DNA of 64,000 nucleotides from an uncultured bacterium. Lineage in GTDB: Bacteria > Patescibacteriota > Minisyncoccia > UBA6257 > GWB1-50-10. The stretch spans positions 362,466-426,465 of the forward strand of contig CAVYJB010000002.1 in the NCBI GenBank assembly GCA_963768835.1, written 5' to 3'. Both the position numbers and the translations under genes were made by a program. How positions within the stretch are numbered: position 1 is the first letter of the stretch; every line of letters starts with the position of its first letter. Below the pieces are notes generated by a model. The model did not search any database. It was not told where the DNA came from and worked only from the letters and a program-made list of their open reading frames with translations. Shown here one piece after another: positions 28,401 through 37,256 of this stretch.

Positions 28401-28676
28401 GTGGCGAACGACTACTTCGTTCTGAACGCTTCGAACCAGAATGTTCTTGCACAGGGGTCCAATATGGCACCGCTCGTGGTCTTCGGGACCGTCTCACCCG
28501 CAGGGACCTTCACCGCAAACCTGCTTTCCATCTTCGGTTCGAGTAACTGGGGCGCAGGGCTTGAGGCACTTATTCTCTTCCTCATCCTCTACATCGTTTC
28601 CCGCATTCTTCAGGACCATTACCGGAAGCGCGAGGAACGGCGCACCGCCGCGCTCCAGCCGAAGCTGAGCATCTAA
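25431..28676 (+). CDS. giant surface protein: 5-6 Fn3-like repeats separated by poly-Gly linkers, dockerin-like module, cohesin-like module, C-terminal TM anchor
   Basis: Repeats of ~100 aa (LT..S..VDLSW.TP..DNLSQ..VRYSTS.IT..NFA.A..V...PLPRKG..Q...GL...TYYFA.Q..IVG..SPLATVS.TTL). Dockerin-like DLNGDGTVNVRDIAVMYADW. Cohesin-like block ..NVVADPKGSRDYTAEVALQYPTDLLEF... C-terminal hydrophobic helix plus a basic tail. Confidence 0.65.
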   Translation: MNTFGKFATVAVVGSLLVLEAVVPAGTALAWQGPTLTATPSVTSVTVSWTTAADTSEHSVHYSTLQIDGTNFNSATNAPGVPAPLPNQAQSVTVNGLISNTTYYFAYWSTSTVGEAKFSTASAKTLTPPPPAAPNPVSNLTATASGTTCIALAWDTPSGGSLSQFYLSYSTSAITGSNFASATPATGLPLPISGTHQTFTQCGLSAGTTYYFGLTVANTVGTQSSLVTSSAATQSGGGGGGGGGGGGGLLPPVAVTSLTASSSINSVDLSWKTPSSDNLSQTSVWYSLSPITSGNVAGATAVTGVPLPRKGEIQTVHVPGLTAGTLYYFAVQEVDIVGQTSPLATVSATTLTGANLSSVPPVTNLLASSSVNFINLSWLTPQDDNLSQFNVRYSTSSITDANFAQAAVAANPPLPRKGQGQGMQVSGLQASTLYFFAVQVQNIVGATSPLATVSTTTLASGGGGGGGGGGGGGLLPPGPATNLAITSYVDGVDLSWLTPQNDNLSQFSIRYSTSSITAGNFAQAAVAPNPPLPRKGETQMLHIGGLQSGTTYYFAIQIQDIVGQTSPLATISGTTLLNLIGTPPVTNFTATPDGTNGTTCIDLAWDTPQGLLLSEFHLRYSTDAITDDVSFTSGTLATGVPLPRHGEHQTFTQCGLSAGTNYSFGIKIANVVGVESPLVTASAATTSGGGGGGGGGGGGGGGGGSVGGGVVTVGGGGGGGGGVSVGPSVPTNGSIRINGGAAITYTRAVTLTLTATGATQMAISNSPVFTNTVWLPFATTMPWTLTDGYGSKSVYAQFRNASGIASPVVAGILYAPYPATIGTGGGVGRAYDIQDVNTAMVNWGKSGTVSDLNGDGTVNVRDIAVMYADWAQNPRPITSAPTLATFVSPTPGNANVLPGDELSVNVVADPKGSRDYTAEVALQYPTDLLEFETFDFHGGWVPVVRPEFDQDNRTDGIILKTGAYPGGFTRPVAVGTAIFRVKQQGAGTVRVANDYFVLNASNQNVLAQGSNMAPLVVFGTVSPAGTFTANLLSIFGSSNWGAGLEALILFLILYIVSRILQDHYRKREERRTAALQPKLSI
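26135..26172 (+). repeat. (GGN)n tract encoding poly-Gly linker 1 of the 1081-aa protein
   Basis: Seen directly. Confidence 0.85.
26810..26852 (+). repeat. (GGN)n tract encoding poly-Gly linker 2
   Basis: Seen directly. Confidence 0.85.
27494..27600 (+). repeat. long (GGN)n tract encoding poly-Gly linker 3 (G18, SVGGGVVTVG, G9)
   Basis: Seen directly. Confidence 0.85.
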
Positions 28677-28816
28677 CATCGTTATCCGAACCCGCTCCTC
28701 AGAAAGGAGCGGGTTGTGGTTTAGGGCAATGAGGTAGCGCTTGTAGGCCCGTTCGTGCTGGTATACACTCGGGCTAGCTCACGCTTCACAATAATTCACA
28801 ATTTACGGAGGATGAC

Positions 28817-29146
28817 GTGTCTATTTCTCGACTCACGCTCTACACCATCGCGGGCAACGACGATATTCTCATTGCCCATGCCGGTCCGGACGAGAAGACA
28901 GGGAAGTATTCAGGATGGATCACGCACGGCGCGGAACGATATTGTCGTCCAATCGTAAACACCGATGCCCGGTACGACACCCCCGCAGAGGCGGAAGCTG
29001 CCATGAGAGAACTCGTGAAGATCGCAAAGGCGTTCACAGATGGGGATCTGAAGGACCCCGAGAACCCGATTGTGCAACTCTTCGCGCGCCCCGAAGGGAA
29101 GATCGTCCAGAAAATTGTGGAACTATCAAAGCTCAAAGCGCCGTAA
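28817..29146 (+). CDS. hypothetical protein
   Basis: GGAGGA RBS. Terminator at 29135..29160. Confidence 0.4.
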   Translation: MSISRLTLYTIAGNDDILIAHAGPDEKTGKYSGWITHGAERYCRPIVNTDARYDTPAEAEAAMRELVKIAKAFTDGDLKDPENPIVQLFARPEGKIVQKIVELSKLKAP

Positions 29147-29160
29147 GGCGCTTTTTTATT
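29135..29160 (+). terminator. intrinsic terminator
   Basis: aaagcgcc gtaa ggcgcttt tttattt. Confidence 0.65.
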
Positions 29161-29234
29161 TGACGTTGTCTATGAATCCGCTATACTTGCCTTCGTACCC
29201 CTAGGGATTCGAGCCCCGGGGCAAATTCTGTTAT

Positions 29235-31752
29235 ATGCAGGACAAAATCATCATCAAGGGGGCCCGGGAGCACAACCTGAAGAACATCAACCTCACGATT
29301 CCGCGGGGGAAGATGGTCGTGTTTACGGGGCTCTCGGGGTCCGGGAAGTCCTCGCTCGCCTTCGATACCATCTTCGCGGAGGGCCAGCGTCGGTACATCG
29401 AATCCCTCTCCGCGTACGCGCGGCAGTTTTTGGGCCGCTTCGACAAGCCGGACGTGGACGAGATCGAGGGACTCAGCCCCGCCATCTCCATCGACCAGAA
29501 GAGCCACTCCGCGAACCCGCGCTCGACCGTGGCCACCATCACGGAGATCTACGACTACCTCCGCGTGCTTTTCGCGCGCGTGGGGCAGCCATTCTGCCCG
29601 CGGTGCGGCCGCGCCATCCAGAAGACTCACGAACGAGGAGATAGTGGACATCGTGGCCGACGCGCCAAGAATCGCAACGACGGACAAGAAAATCGTGCTC
29701 CTCGCGCCCGCCGTGCGCGGCCGGAAAGGGGAGTACTACCAGATGCTCTACGACTTCCTGAACGCGGGTTTCAGCGAGGTGCGCATTGACGGGAGTTCCA
29801 ATCGCTCCGGGAGCGCGTCGAACTCTCGCGCTACAAGCAGCACACCATCGAGCTCGTCGTGGACCGCATCCCCTCGATGCTCGACTTTACGAACAAGGAC
29901 CACCGGCTGCGGCTCTCGGAGGCCGTGGAGTCCGGTCGAAGTACGGAAACGGGGTCGTGGCGTTCTGGACGAGGAGGAAGTCTCCCTCTCCGCGCAGTTC
30001 ACCTGCCCCGTGACGGTTTCTCGTTCCCCGAGATTGAGCCGCGTCTCTTCTCCTTCAACAGCCCGTACGGCGCCTGCCCGGCGTGCAACGGCTCGGCGAC
30101 GAAAGCATCTGGTCCGAGAAGATCTGCCCCGTCTGCCTCGGCAAGCGCCTGGAAGAAAGGCCCTGAACGTTCTCGTGGGCGGGAAGAGCATCGCGGCGGT
30201 CGCGGCGATGCCCATCGACGACGCCGACGCGTACTTCGCGAAGCTGACGCTCCCAGATCGAAGGCGAAGGCGGAGTCGCCGAAGCCCCGCTCCGGGAGAT
30301 TACGGACCCGGCTCAAGTTCATGGTGGACGTGGGGCTGGAGTACCTGACGCTGGAACGGAAGGCGGGCACCCTCTCGGGCGGGGAGGCCCAGCGCATCCG
30401 GCTAGCATCCCAGATCGGCTCGCGCCTCACCGGCACGCTCTACGTGCTCGACGAGCCCACCATCGGTCTCCATCAAAGGGACAACGCGAAGCTTCTCGAG
30501 ACCCTCCACGAGCTTCGCGATCTCGGGAATACAGTCCTGGTCGTGGAGCACGACGAAGAGACCATCCGCTCCGCGGATTACCTCGTGGATATCGGTCCCG
30601 GCGCGGGCGTGCACGGCGGCCGCATCGTCGCGGAAGGCCCCATCCCGGAGGTGCTGAAAGACAGAAGGATACGGAGTCCCTGACCATCGAGTACCTGAAC
30701 GGAAGAAAGTTTATCGAGGTGCCGCGCGAGCGCCGCGCGGTGAAACGGGACCACGAAAGTCTGAAGATCCGCGGCGCGACGGCGAACAATCTCCAGAATC
30801 TCGATCTGGATATACCCCTGCGGCGCTTCACGGCCGTGACGGGCGTCTCGGGTTCCGGGAAATCCACCCTTGGTCTACGACATCCTTTTTAAAACCCTCT
30901 CGAACAAGTTCAACGGGTCGGCGTACAAGGTGGGGGCGCACAGGGCGCTCCTGGGGGCGGAGTATATCAACCGCATCGTGAACATCGACCAGTCTGCCAT
31001 CGGCCGCACGCCGCGGTCGAACCCCGCGACCTACGTCGGCGCCTGGACCTTCATTCGGGACCTCTTCGCGGCGTCGGAGGATGCGCGCGTCCGCGGCTAC
31101 AAGCCTGGCCGGTTTAGCTTCAACGTGCGCGGGGGGCCGTTGCGAGAACTGCGAGGGGCACGGCCAGATCGCCATTGAGATGCACTTCCTGCCCACGGTC
31201 TACGTGACCTGCGACGTCTGCAAGGGGAAGCGCTTCGACCGCGAAACGCTCGAGGTCGAGTACAAGGGCAAGAACATCCATGAGGTGCTCCAGATGACGG
31301 TGGAGGAGGCAGTCACGTTCTTTGAAGACATCCCCTGGCTTTTCGACCGGCTGAAGATCCTGGATGAGGTGGGGCTGGGCTACATCGAGCTTGGCCAGTC
31401 CGCGACGACGCTCTCGGGCGGGGAGGCCCAGCGCATCAAGCTGGGGGCGGAGCTCGGCAAGCGCGACACTCGGCGCACCCTTTATCTCTTGGACGAACCG
31501 ACGACGGGGCTCCATTTCGCCGATGTCCAGCACCTCTTGAATGTCCTGAACCGCCTTGTGGATCGCGGCAACACTGTGGTGGTCATCGAGCACAATTTGG
31601 ATGTCATCAAGACCGCCGACTGGGTTATCGATCTGGGGCCCGACGGTGGCGAGAAAGGCGGGAAGCTGATCGCGGTGGGCACCCCGGAGGCGGTTTCTAA
31701 AAAAGTGGGCAGCGCGACGGCGCCGTATCTGCGGAAAGTTCTGAAAGCATAG
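29235..31752 (+). pseudogene. uvrA: uvrA (excinuclease ABC subunit A) disrupted by many frameshifts
   Basis: UvrA sequence is spread over at least 5 overlapping ORFs in different frames: [61 protein letters not shown] / [36 protein letters not shown] / [23 protein letters not shown] / [25 protein letters not shown] / [59 protein letters not shown] / [27 protein letters not shown] / [60 protein letters not shown]. Both ABC modules are recognisable. Confidence 0.8.
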
Positions 31753-31761
31753 AAAAATTAA

Positions 31762-31790
31762 GGCACCCGAGGAAAGGGTGCCTTTTGTTC
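31762..31790 (+). terminator. intrinsic terminator after the uvrA pseudogene
   Basis: aaggcaccc gaggaaa gggtgcctt ttg. Confidence 0.55.
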
Positions 31791-31806
31791 TGTTATCGAT
31801 AGTCTC

Positions 31807-32319
31807 TCATGTCCTTTTGGAGGCGCTTGGTATTTCGCGTCTGGGGCTACTCGAGTTTCGGTACATCCGTTCGATTCTTCGCGCGATTTTCGGCGCGAAC
31901 TCCGTGCAGCGGAGTGTCGGCAACGTGACCAGGTACAGGACCGCTCCGAGAACCAGGCCGCCGCAAACTCCTCCCACGAGCCCGATGAGAAACACAAAAA
32001 AGAAGGTTCCACAAATGGCCGAGAACGAGTCTGTGAAGATGCCTCGGATCACGGCGAACATGAGCGCGTTCCACACACTCCCGACGCCCACGAAAAGGAG
32101 GCCGCTGAAGAATCCTGGGGGTGTTGCCCGGAGAAGCGCTAGCCCCAGGAGTACGGCGACGGTCGCACCGGAGATGATACCAAGTACGACGTCGCTTTTG
32201 CCGACGGGTTCGATGCTGAACGGTTTGAATATGTCTGCAAGAACGAACGCCATCGCGGGGAGCAGGAACGTACCGAGAAATCCCAGCCGCCCATGCTTGA
32301 AAGTAATCCATCGCTTCAT
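31807..32319 (-). CDS. hypothetical integral membrane protein (4 TM)
   Basis: 170-aa hydrophobic ORF on the minus strand. Confidence 0.45.
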   Translation of the reverse strand: MKRWITFKHGRLGFLGTFLLPAMAFVLADIFKPFSIEPVGKSDVVLGIISGATVAVLLGLALLRATPPGFFSGLLFVGVGSVWNALMFAVIRGIFTDSFSAICGTFFFVFLIGLVGGVCGGLVLGAVLYLVTLPTLRCTEFAPKIARRIERMYRNSSSPRREIPSASKRT

Positions 32320-32427
32320 TGGAGCACCTCTTGATATGTGAGTGGGATGGAAATATAGAGTGATATGAGCTGAGAACGTTGTACCACTAGTAAGACCATC
32401 GCGTCAACTCGTTGGTGGCACAGGGCC

Positions 32428-32463
32428 CAAAAAGAAGCAGGCCGTTCTGACGAAAGGCCTGCT
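32428..32463 (-). terminator. intrinsic terminator for minus-strand gene 32501..32935
   Basis: Minus strand reads agcaggcc tttcgtcagaac ggcctgct tctttttgg. Confidence 0.55.
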
Positions 32464-32500
32464 GTGGAGAGGGGGACCATCGGAGGGAGGCGGCGAGGCC

Positions 32501-32935
32501 TCATACGGGCCGCGCGGCGGGCTGGGGCAACCTCGCGGGGTTCTTGAAGGGGCCGCAGACCCACTCGACACACCAGGCGATGCAGAAGAGTATCGCGCCG
32601 GCAACGAGTCCGTAGGAAAGGCCTGCCACCACATACACGACCGATACGACGAACGTCGCGAGAGTCCCGATTGCTCCATCCCCGATAACCATCGCGGTGA
32701 TGAAGCTGAACAAGACACCACCGAGGCCCAACAGAAGGAACAGGAGCCTGAGGGACGGAGGGTCGGGTGTCCGCATCCGGACCATCCCGGCCGCGATGAC
32801 CGTTCCGAGTATGTACACGGTGATATCCTCGAGCTCCTTGTCTCTTGTATAGGAGTTCTTCCAGAAGGTGCCGAAAATGAGCGCGGTGGCGAGGAGGAGG
32901 ACTGCGATGGCGAGAACAGACAAGATCCGTTTCAT
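32501..32935 (-). CDS. hypothetical integral membrane protein (4 TM)
   Basis: 144-aa hydrophobic ORF. Minus-strand hairpin terminator at 32428..32463. Confidence 0.45.
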   Translation of the reverse strand: MKRILSVLAIAVLLLATALIFGTFWKNSYTRDKELEDITVYILGTVIAAGMVRMRTPDPPSLRLLFLLLGLGGVLFSFITAMVIGDGAIGTLATFVVSVVYVVAGLSYGLVAGAILFCIAWCVEWVCGPFKNPARLPQPAARPV

Positions 32936-33047
32936 AAAACCTCCGTGGGTTGTGGTTGGATGAGATGATCTGTGCTCGTTTTACTCCCGAACTGCGAGGG
33001 CGTCAACTCATTTGAGCGCGGGGCGGTTTTGCGCAATGATGGTGGGT

Positions 33048-34256
33048 ATGAAAGAGGAGAAGCTCTATAGCCATCTTCCTGACACCCCCGGCGTCTACCT
33101 CATGAAGGACGCCGTAGGGAGGATTCTCTATATCGGCAAAGCGGGCAATCTAAAGCGCCGCGTCTCAAGCTATTTCCAGAAAGCCCACGAGTACCGTATC
33201 GAGAAGCTCGTCTCCGAGATCCGGAAGATCGAGTACCGTCCGACCGACTCGGCGCTCGAGGCTCTGATTCTCGAATCCGCGCTCATTAAGAAGCACCAGC
33301 CCTTCTATAACATTCGCGAGAAGGACGACAAGAGTTTCCTCTATGTGGAAATCACGAAGGAGAAGTACCCGCGGGTGCTTCTGGTGCGCGGCAAGGAGCT
33401 CGCAGCGCAGAGCCGCGGAACCATCTTCGGTCCCTTCACGTTCGCCTCGAACCTGAAGGAGGCGCTCCGTATCCTCCGGCACATCTTTCCGTGGAACACG
33501 CATGACCCGGAAGCGCTCGCGAAATTCAAACGGCCCTGCTTCGATTACGAGATAGGGAACTGCCCGGGGGCTTGCACGGGTAGGCTCACGACGGGCGAGT
33601 ACGCGAAGACCGTGCGGTACATCCGCGACTTCTTCCGGGGCAAGAAGCAGGCGATTCTCCGATCGCTTGAGCGGGAGATGAAAGCGGCGGCGAAGAAGCT
33701 CGAGTTCGAGAAAGCTGCGCGGCTCCGCGGGCAGGTGTTCGCACTCCGGCATATCCGGGACACCGCGCTCATCAACAAGGATGAGTTTGGTGATTTTGAC
33801 GGCAGGCAGAGTTCACCGCGGCGGATCGAGGGCTACGATATCTCGAACATCTCCGGAACCTCTGCCGTCGGCTCGATGGTGGTTTTCACGGGCGGGGAGC
33901 CCGATAGGAACGAGTACCGCAAGTTCCGCATCCGCTGGATCACACAGTCGGACGACACAGGGATGCTGCGCGAGGTCATCGGACGCCGGTTGGGGAACGA
34001 CTGGCCCCTGCCGGATCTCATGCTCATCGATGGCGGTAAGGGCCAGGTGCACGCGGCGGAGACCGTGCTTTCCGAACATGGGGTGCGGATACCGGTCGTG
34101 GGTATCGCGAAAGGCCCGGAGCGCAAGAAGAATGAATTCATTGGAATGGTACCGAAGTGGGCAGACGAGAAAGTGCTCATCCGTATCCGGGACGAAGCCC
34201 ATCGGTTTGCGATTTCATATCATCGGACGCTGCGGGGCCACAGATCGCTGCAGTAG
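33048..34256 (+). CDS. uvrC: excinuclease ABC subunit C, short form lacking the C-terminal (HhH)2 domain
   Basis: GIY-YIG N-terminus (PGVYLMKDAVGRILYIGKAGNLKRRVSSYF). UvrBC-interaction motif (FEKAARLRGQVFALRH). RNase-H-like endonuclease domain (IEGYDISNISGTSAVGSMVVF..YRKFRI). The ORF stops after DEAHRFAISYHRTLRG, about 403 aa. Confidence 0.75.
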   Translation: MKEEKLYSHLPDTPGVYLMKDAVGRILYIGKAGNLKRRVSSYFQKAHEYRIEKLVSEIRKIEYRPTDSALEALILESALIKKHQPFYNIREKDDKSFLYVEITKEKYPRVLLVRGKELAAQSRGTIFGPFTFASNLKEALRILRHIFPWNTHDPEALAKFKRPCFDYEIGNCPGACTGRLTTGEYAKTVRYIRDFFRGKKQAILRSLEREMKAAAKKLEFEKAARLRGQVFALRHIRDTALINKDEFGDFDGRQSSPRRIEGYDISNISGTSAVGSMVVFTGGEPDRNEYRKFRIRWITQSDDTGMLREVIGRRLGNDWPLPDLMLIDGGKGQVHAAETVLSEHGVRIPVVGIAKGPERKKNEFIGMVPKWADEKVLIRIRDEAHRFAISYHRTLRGHRSLQ

Positions 34257-34338
34257 AAAAAGGTAAATGGTACAAGGACCGCAGGGGGATCACGGGAGGG
34301 GCTTGCTTTTCAAATACCCCAATGATACTTTTTAGTTC

Positions 34339-34357
34339 CGTGGCAGTTGCCACGTGG
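34339..34357 (+). promoter_or_regulatory. palindrome ccgtggcagttgccacgtgg (contains CACGTG)
   Basis: Seen directly in the intergenic region upstream of 34392 and the FAD oxidase gene. Confidence 0.3.
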
Positions 34358-34391
34358 TGTTCATCACATACATTCACTAGAGGAGTGAGTC

Positions 34392-34619
34392 ATGGAGAAG
34401 CAGAGCTTCTTCTACTCCAACACTCATCATTCCGAGTCACACGGACTGCATGGAAACCAGCCGCTCGCAACCGAGCATTTTCTGGGAGTACCTTCCAGCC
34501 GCCCGAGTGGGTTCGAGTCGGTCACCAGGTTCCCTGGTCACACTGATTTCAGTGGCCAGAGCACGCTGGATATGTTCCGGCCCGGCGGGAGCATGAGCCT
34601 TCCCACGCGGTTCCCGTGA
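34392..34619 (+). CDS. small His-rich hypothetical ORF
   Basis: GGAGTGAG RBS. Palindrome at 34339..34357 upstream. May not be a real gene. Confidence 0.25.
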   Translation: MEKQSFFYSNTHHSESHGLHGNQPLATEHFLGVPSSRPSGFESVTRFPGHTDFSGQSTLDMFRPGGSMSLPTRFP

Positions 34620-34622
34620 GGG

Positions 34623-36383
34623 ATGGAGATGGAGCGAAAAACGGGCGGCGCCTACTCGGGCCGCTCCTTTTATTTATACACAGTGAAAGGAAGGACGCTT
34701 GGAAAGGGTATAATAGATGGAATGACATTAGCTGAAGAACTAAAGGCGTTCCTCCACGGCGATGTGGCGGATGATGATGTGACGCTCGCGAAATACAGCC
34801 GCGACGCGAGCTTGTTTGAGGTCCGCCCGAAGGTGGTGGTGTATCCGAAGGATCGCGAAGATGTAGAGAGTCTCGTGAAATTCGTGGCGGAGCGTAAGAA
34901 GACCGATCCCAGCATCTCGCTCACGGCGCGCTCCGCGGGCACTGACATGTCGGGCGGGCCTCTTTCGGAATCCATCGTGGTGGACTTCATGCGTTACTTC
35001 ACTCAAATCCTTCAGATAGGGGACCGCGTCTCCGTTGAAGGAGGAGTCCAGATGGGTTTCGGTACGGTCGAGCCTGGCGTCTTCTACCGCAACTTTGAGA
35101 AAGAAACCCTGAAGCAAGGGTATCTGTTCCCGTCCTATCCCGCCTCCCGCGAGCTCTGCGCCATGGGCGGCATCGTGAACAACAACTCGGGCGGCGAGAA
35201 ATCTCTCGTGTACGGAAAGACGCAGGACTATGTGATGGAGATGAGGGTGGTTCTCGCAGACGGGAAAGAGCACCTGCTCAAGCATCTTACGGTGTCCGAC
35301 CTTGAGAGTAAGATCGCGGCCGGCGGTTTTGAGGGGGAACTCTATGGAAAGCTTCGGGACCTTTTCGAGAAGAACTACGACCTCGCGAAGCGCGCGAAGC
35401 CGCAGGTCACAAAGAACTCCGCCGGGTACAACGTCTGGGACGTCTGGGACCGGCGCACCTTCGATATCACGAAGCTCCTCGTGGGCGCGCAGGGGACGCT
35501 CGGTCTCATGACCGAGGCGACGCTCGCGCTCGTGCGGACGAAGCCCTGCTCGGGGATGCTCGTCATCTTCATGGACGACCTGAAAGTGGGCGGCATCGTG
35601 AACGAGGTCTTGCCCTTCGAGCCCTCGAGCTTCGAGTCCTTCGACGACCACACGCTCCGCTTGGCCTTGAAGTACCTCGGGGGGTTCGTGAAGCTGCTTG
35701 CGAAGAATCCCTTCTCGCTCGCGCTCGCATTCCTCCCGGAGTTCTGGATGGTGCTCACGCATGGGATGCCGAAGCTCGTTCTCATGGTCGAGTTCGAGGA
35801 GGTGGACCAGGCGACGGTGGACCAGAAGCTCCGCGACCTTCAGACAAAGCTCCGCGCCTTCCCGGTTCGGATGCGCCTCGCAAAGACCAAGGACGACGCG
35901 CGGAAGTACTGGGCTATCCGCCGCGAGAGCTTCAATCTGCTCCGCCAGAAGGTGAAGGGGATGCAGACGGCGCCGTTCGTGGACGACCTTATTGTGGCTC
36001 CGGAGCACCTGCCCGAGTATCTGCCGAAGCTCTACGCCATTCTCGACCGCTACGGATTCCTCTACACCATCGCGGGCCATATGGGGAATGGCAACTTCCA
36101 CGTGATACCCTTGATGCACCTCCAGGACGAGGCGGAGCGTGCAAAAATACGCCCGGCCATGGAGGAGATCTATGCGCTCACCTTCCAATACGGCGGTTCC
36201 ATGACCGCGGAGCACAACGACGGTCTTATCCGCTCGCCTTTTCTCCCGCAGATGTTCGGCAAGGAGGTCGTGGAACTCTTCGCGGAGGTGAAACATATTT
36301 TCGATCCGGAGAACATCTTCAACCCTGGGAAGAAAGTGGACGCCTCGCTCCCGTACGCGCTGGAGCACATGAAACGCTCCTGA
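34623..36383 (+). CDS. FAD-linked oxidase (GlcD / D-lactate dehydrogenase family)
   Basis: PCMH-type FAD-binding domain (VVVYPKDREDVESLVKFVAERK..SLTARSAGTDMSGGPL..ELCAMGGIVNNNSGGEKS) and a C-terminal oxidase domain (HMGNGNFHV). The true start may be the internal Met at ~34722. Confidence 0.75.
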   Translation: MEMERKTGGAYSGRSFYLYTVKGRTLGKGIIDGMTLAEELKAFLHGDVADDDVTLAKYSRDASLFEVRPKVVVYPKDREDVESLVKFVAERKKTDPSISLTARSAGTDMSGGPLSESIVVDFMRYFTQILQIGDRVSVEGGVQMGFGTVEPGVFYRNFEKETLKQGYLFPSYPASRELCAMGGIVNNNSGGEKSLVYGKTQDYVMEMRVVLADGKEHLLKHLTVSDLESKIAAGGFEGELYGKLRDLFEKNYDLAKRAKPQVTKNSAGYNVWDVWDRRTFDITKLLVGAQGTLGLMTEATLALVRTKPCSGMLVIFMDDLKVGGIVNEVLPFEPSSFESFDDHTLRLALKYLGGFVKLLAKNPFSLALAFLPEFWMVLTHGMPKLVLMVEFEEVDQATVDQKLRDLQTKLRAFPVRMRLAKTKDDARKYWAIRRESFNLLRQKVKGMQTAPFVDDLIVAPEHLPEYLPKLYAILDRYGFLYTIAGHMGNGNFHVIPLMHLQDEAERAKIRPAMEEIYALTFQYGGSMTAEHNDGLIRSPFLPQMFGKEVVELFAEVKHIFDPENIFNPGKKVDASLPYALEHMKRS

Positions 36384-36403
36384 GGGCCGGAACGGGGGCG
36401 TAT

Positions 36404-36433
36404 TGACATGGCACCCCTTTGGGTGCTATGCTC
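36404..36433 (+). promoter_or_regulatory. promoter TTGACA-N18-TATGCT for 36492..36884
   Basis: Direct match. Confidence 0.5.
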
Positions 36434-36491
36434 ATTCTCGGCTCTTCAAAAACGCTTCATTTCACTCATAAAACCAATATACGGGGGAAGG

Positions 36492-36884
36492 ATGGAAGGG
36501 AGTACTACCGCAAAAGCACGTTCCGCAGTTTTGCACAGGAACGGGCATGACCGCCTCACGAATGAGGCTCTCTTGGATCGTCTGACTCTCGCGTCAACAA
36601 AACGCGAGGAGGAAGATCTCGCAACCAAGCTTGCGCTCGAAGTTCTGCGTCGCGTGGCCTACCGACGATGGCCCCGCGCGCTTTCCAGGCTTCAGAGGTT
36701 AATTACTGTGGCGCGACGCGTGGAGATCAAAGGGAAGGACCACCGGATCGATTCCATCGGGGGAGAACCTGTCTCCGTCAGGAAGTTGGAGGCTCTTCGG
36801 CGGAAACTATCCGATATGCTTCCGAAAGAACTTGCAGCACCCCGGGGGAAAGCCGCCCCCGACCCACAGCCCCAACACCCATAA
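36492..36884 (+). CDS. hypothetical protein
   Basis: Promoter TTGACA-N18-TATGCT at 36404..36433. GGGGGAAGG RBS. Confidence 0.4.
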   Translation: MEGSTTAKARSAVLHRNGHDRLTNEALLDRLTLASTKREEEDLATKLALEVLRRVAYRRWPRALSRLQRLITVARRVEIKGKDHRIDSIGGEPVSVRKLEALRRKLSDMLPKELAAPRGKAAPDPQPQHP

Positions 36885-36902
36885 ACCATAAGGAGAGGTT
36901 GC

Positions 36903-37148
36903 ATGCTGACGACCATTCCCTTCAAGGAGCTGCCCACCGAGGAGCTCAGAAACGCCGTTTCCCACTTCCAGAGCCAAATGCGGATATTCCCCATCGGAAG
37001 CCCCGTACGAATGAAGTTCGAAGGTCAGATCCGAGAGCTGAAGAAAGAAGTGAACGCGCGGGTGCGTCGTGCAAGAGAAAACCGGGAGCAGCAGATACCG
37101 CCGTTCCTGGCTCTCAACCAGATGAGCCTGCATCCGTCGCAACGTTAA
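36903..37148 (+). CDS. hypothetical small protein
   Basis: 81-aa ORF with a GGAGAGG RBS. Terminator at 37174..37215. Confidence 0.35.
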   Translation: MLTTIPFKELPTEELRNAVSHFQSQMRIFPIGSPVRMKFEGQIRELKKEVNARVRRARENREQQIPPFLALNQMSLHPSQR

Positions 37149-37173
37149 CGATATTTCGATCAGATGAGAACCG

Positions 37174-37215
37174 AGGACCTCGTGCCATGCGCACCTGGTC
37201 CTTTTTATTTTTCCA
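37174..37215 (+). terminator. intrinsic terminator
   Basis: aggacc..gtgccatgcgcac..ggtcct ttttatttttcc. Confidence 0.55.
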
Positions 37216-37256
37216 CAGCTACCCCGCGCTTGCCGGATTCAGATACGCGGGGTACA

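Noticed and set aside
32395-33010. Shared 10-mer GCGTCAACTC at 32398..32407 and 32998..33007, flanking the membrane-protein gene 32501..32935
   Set aside because: A single short exact match is easily chance. No extended inverted or direct repeat around it.
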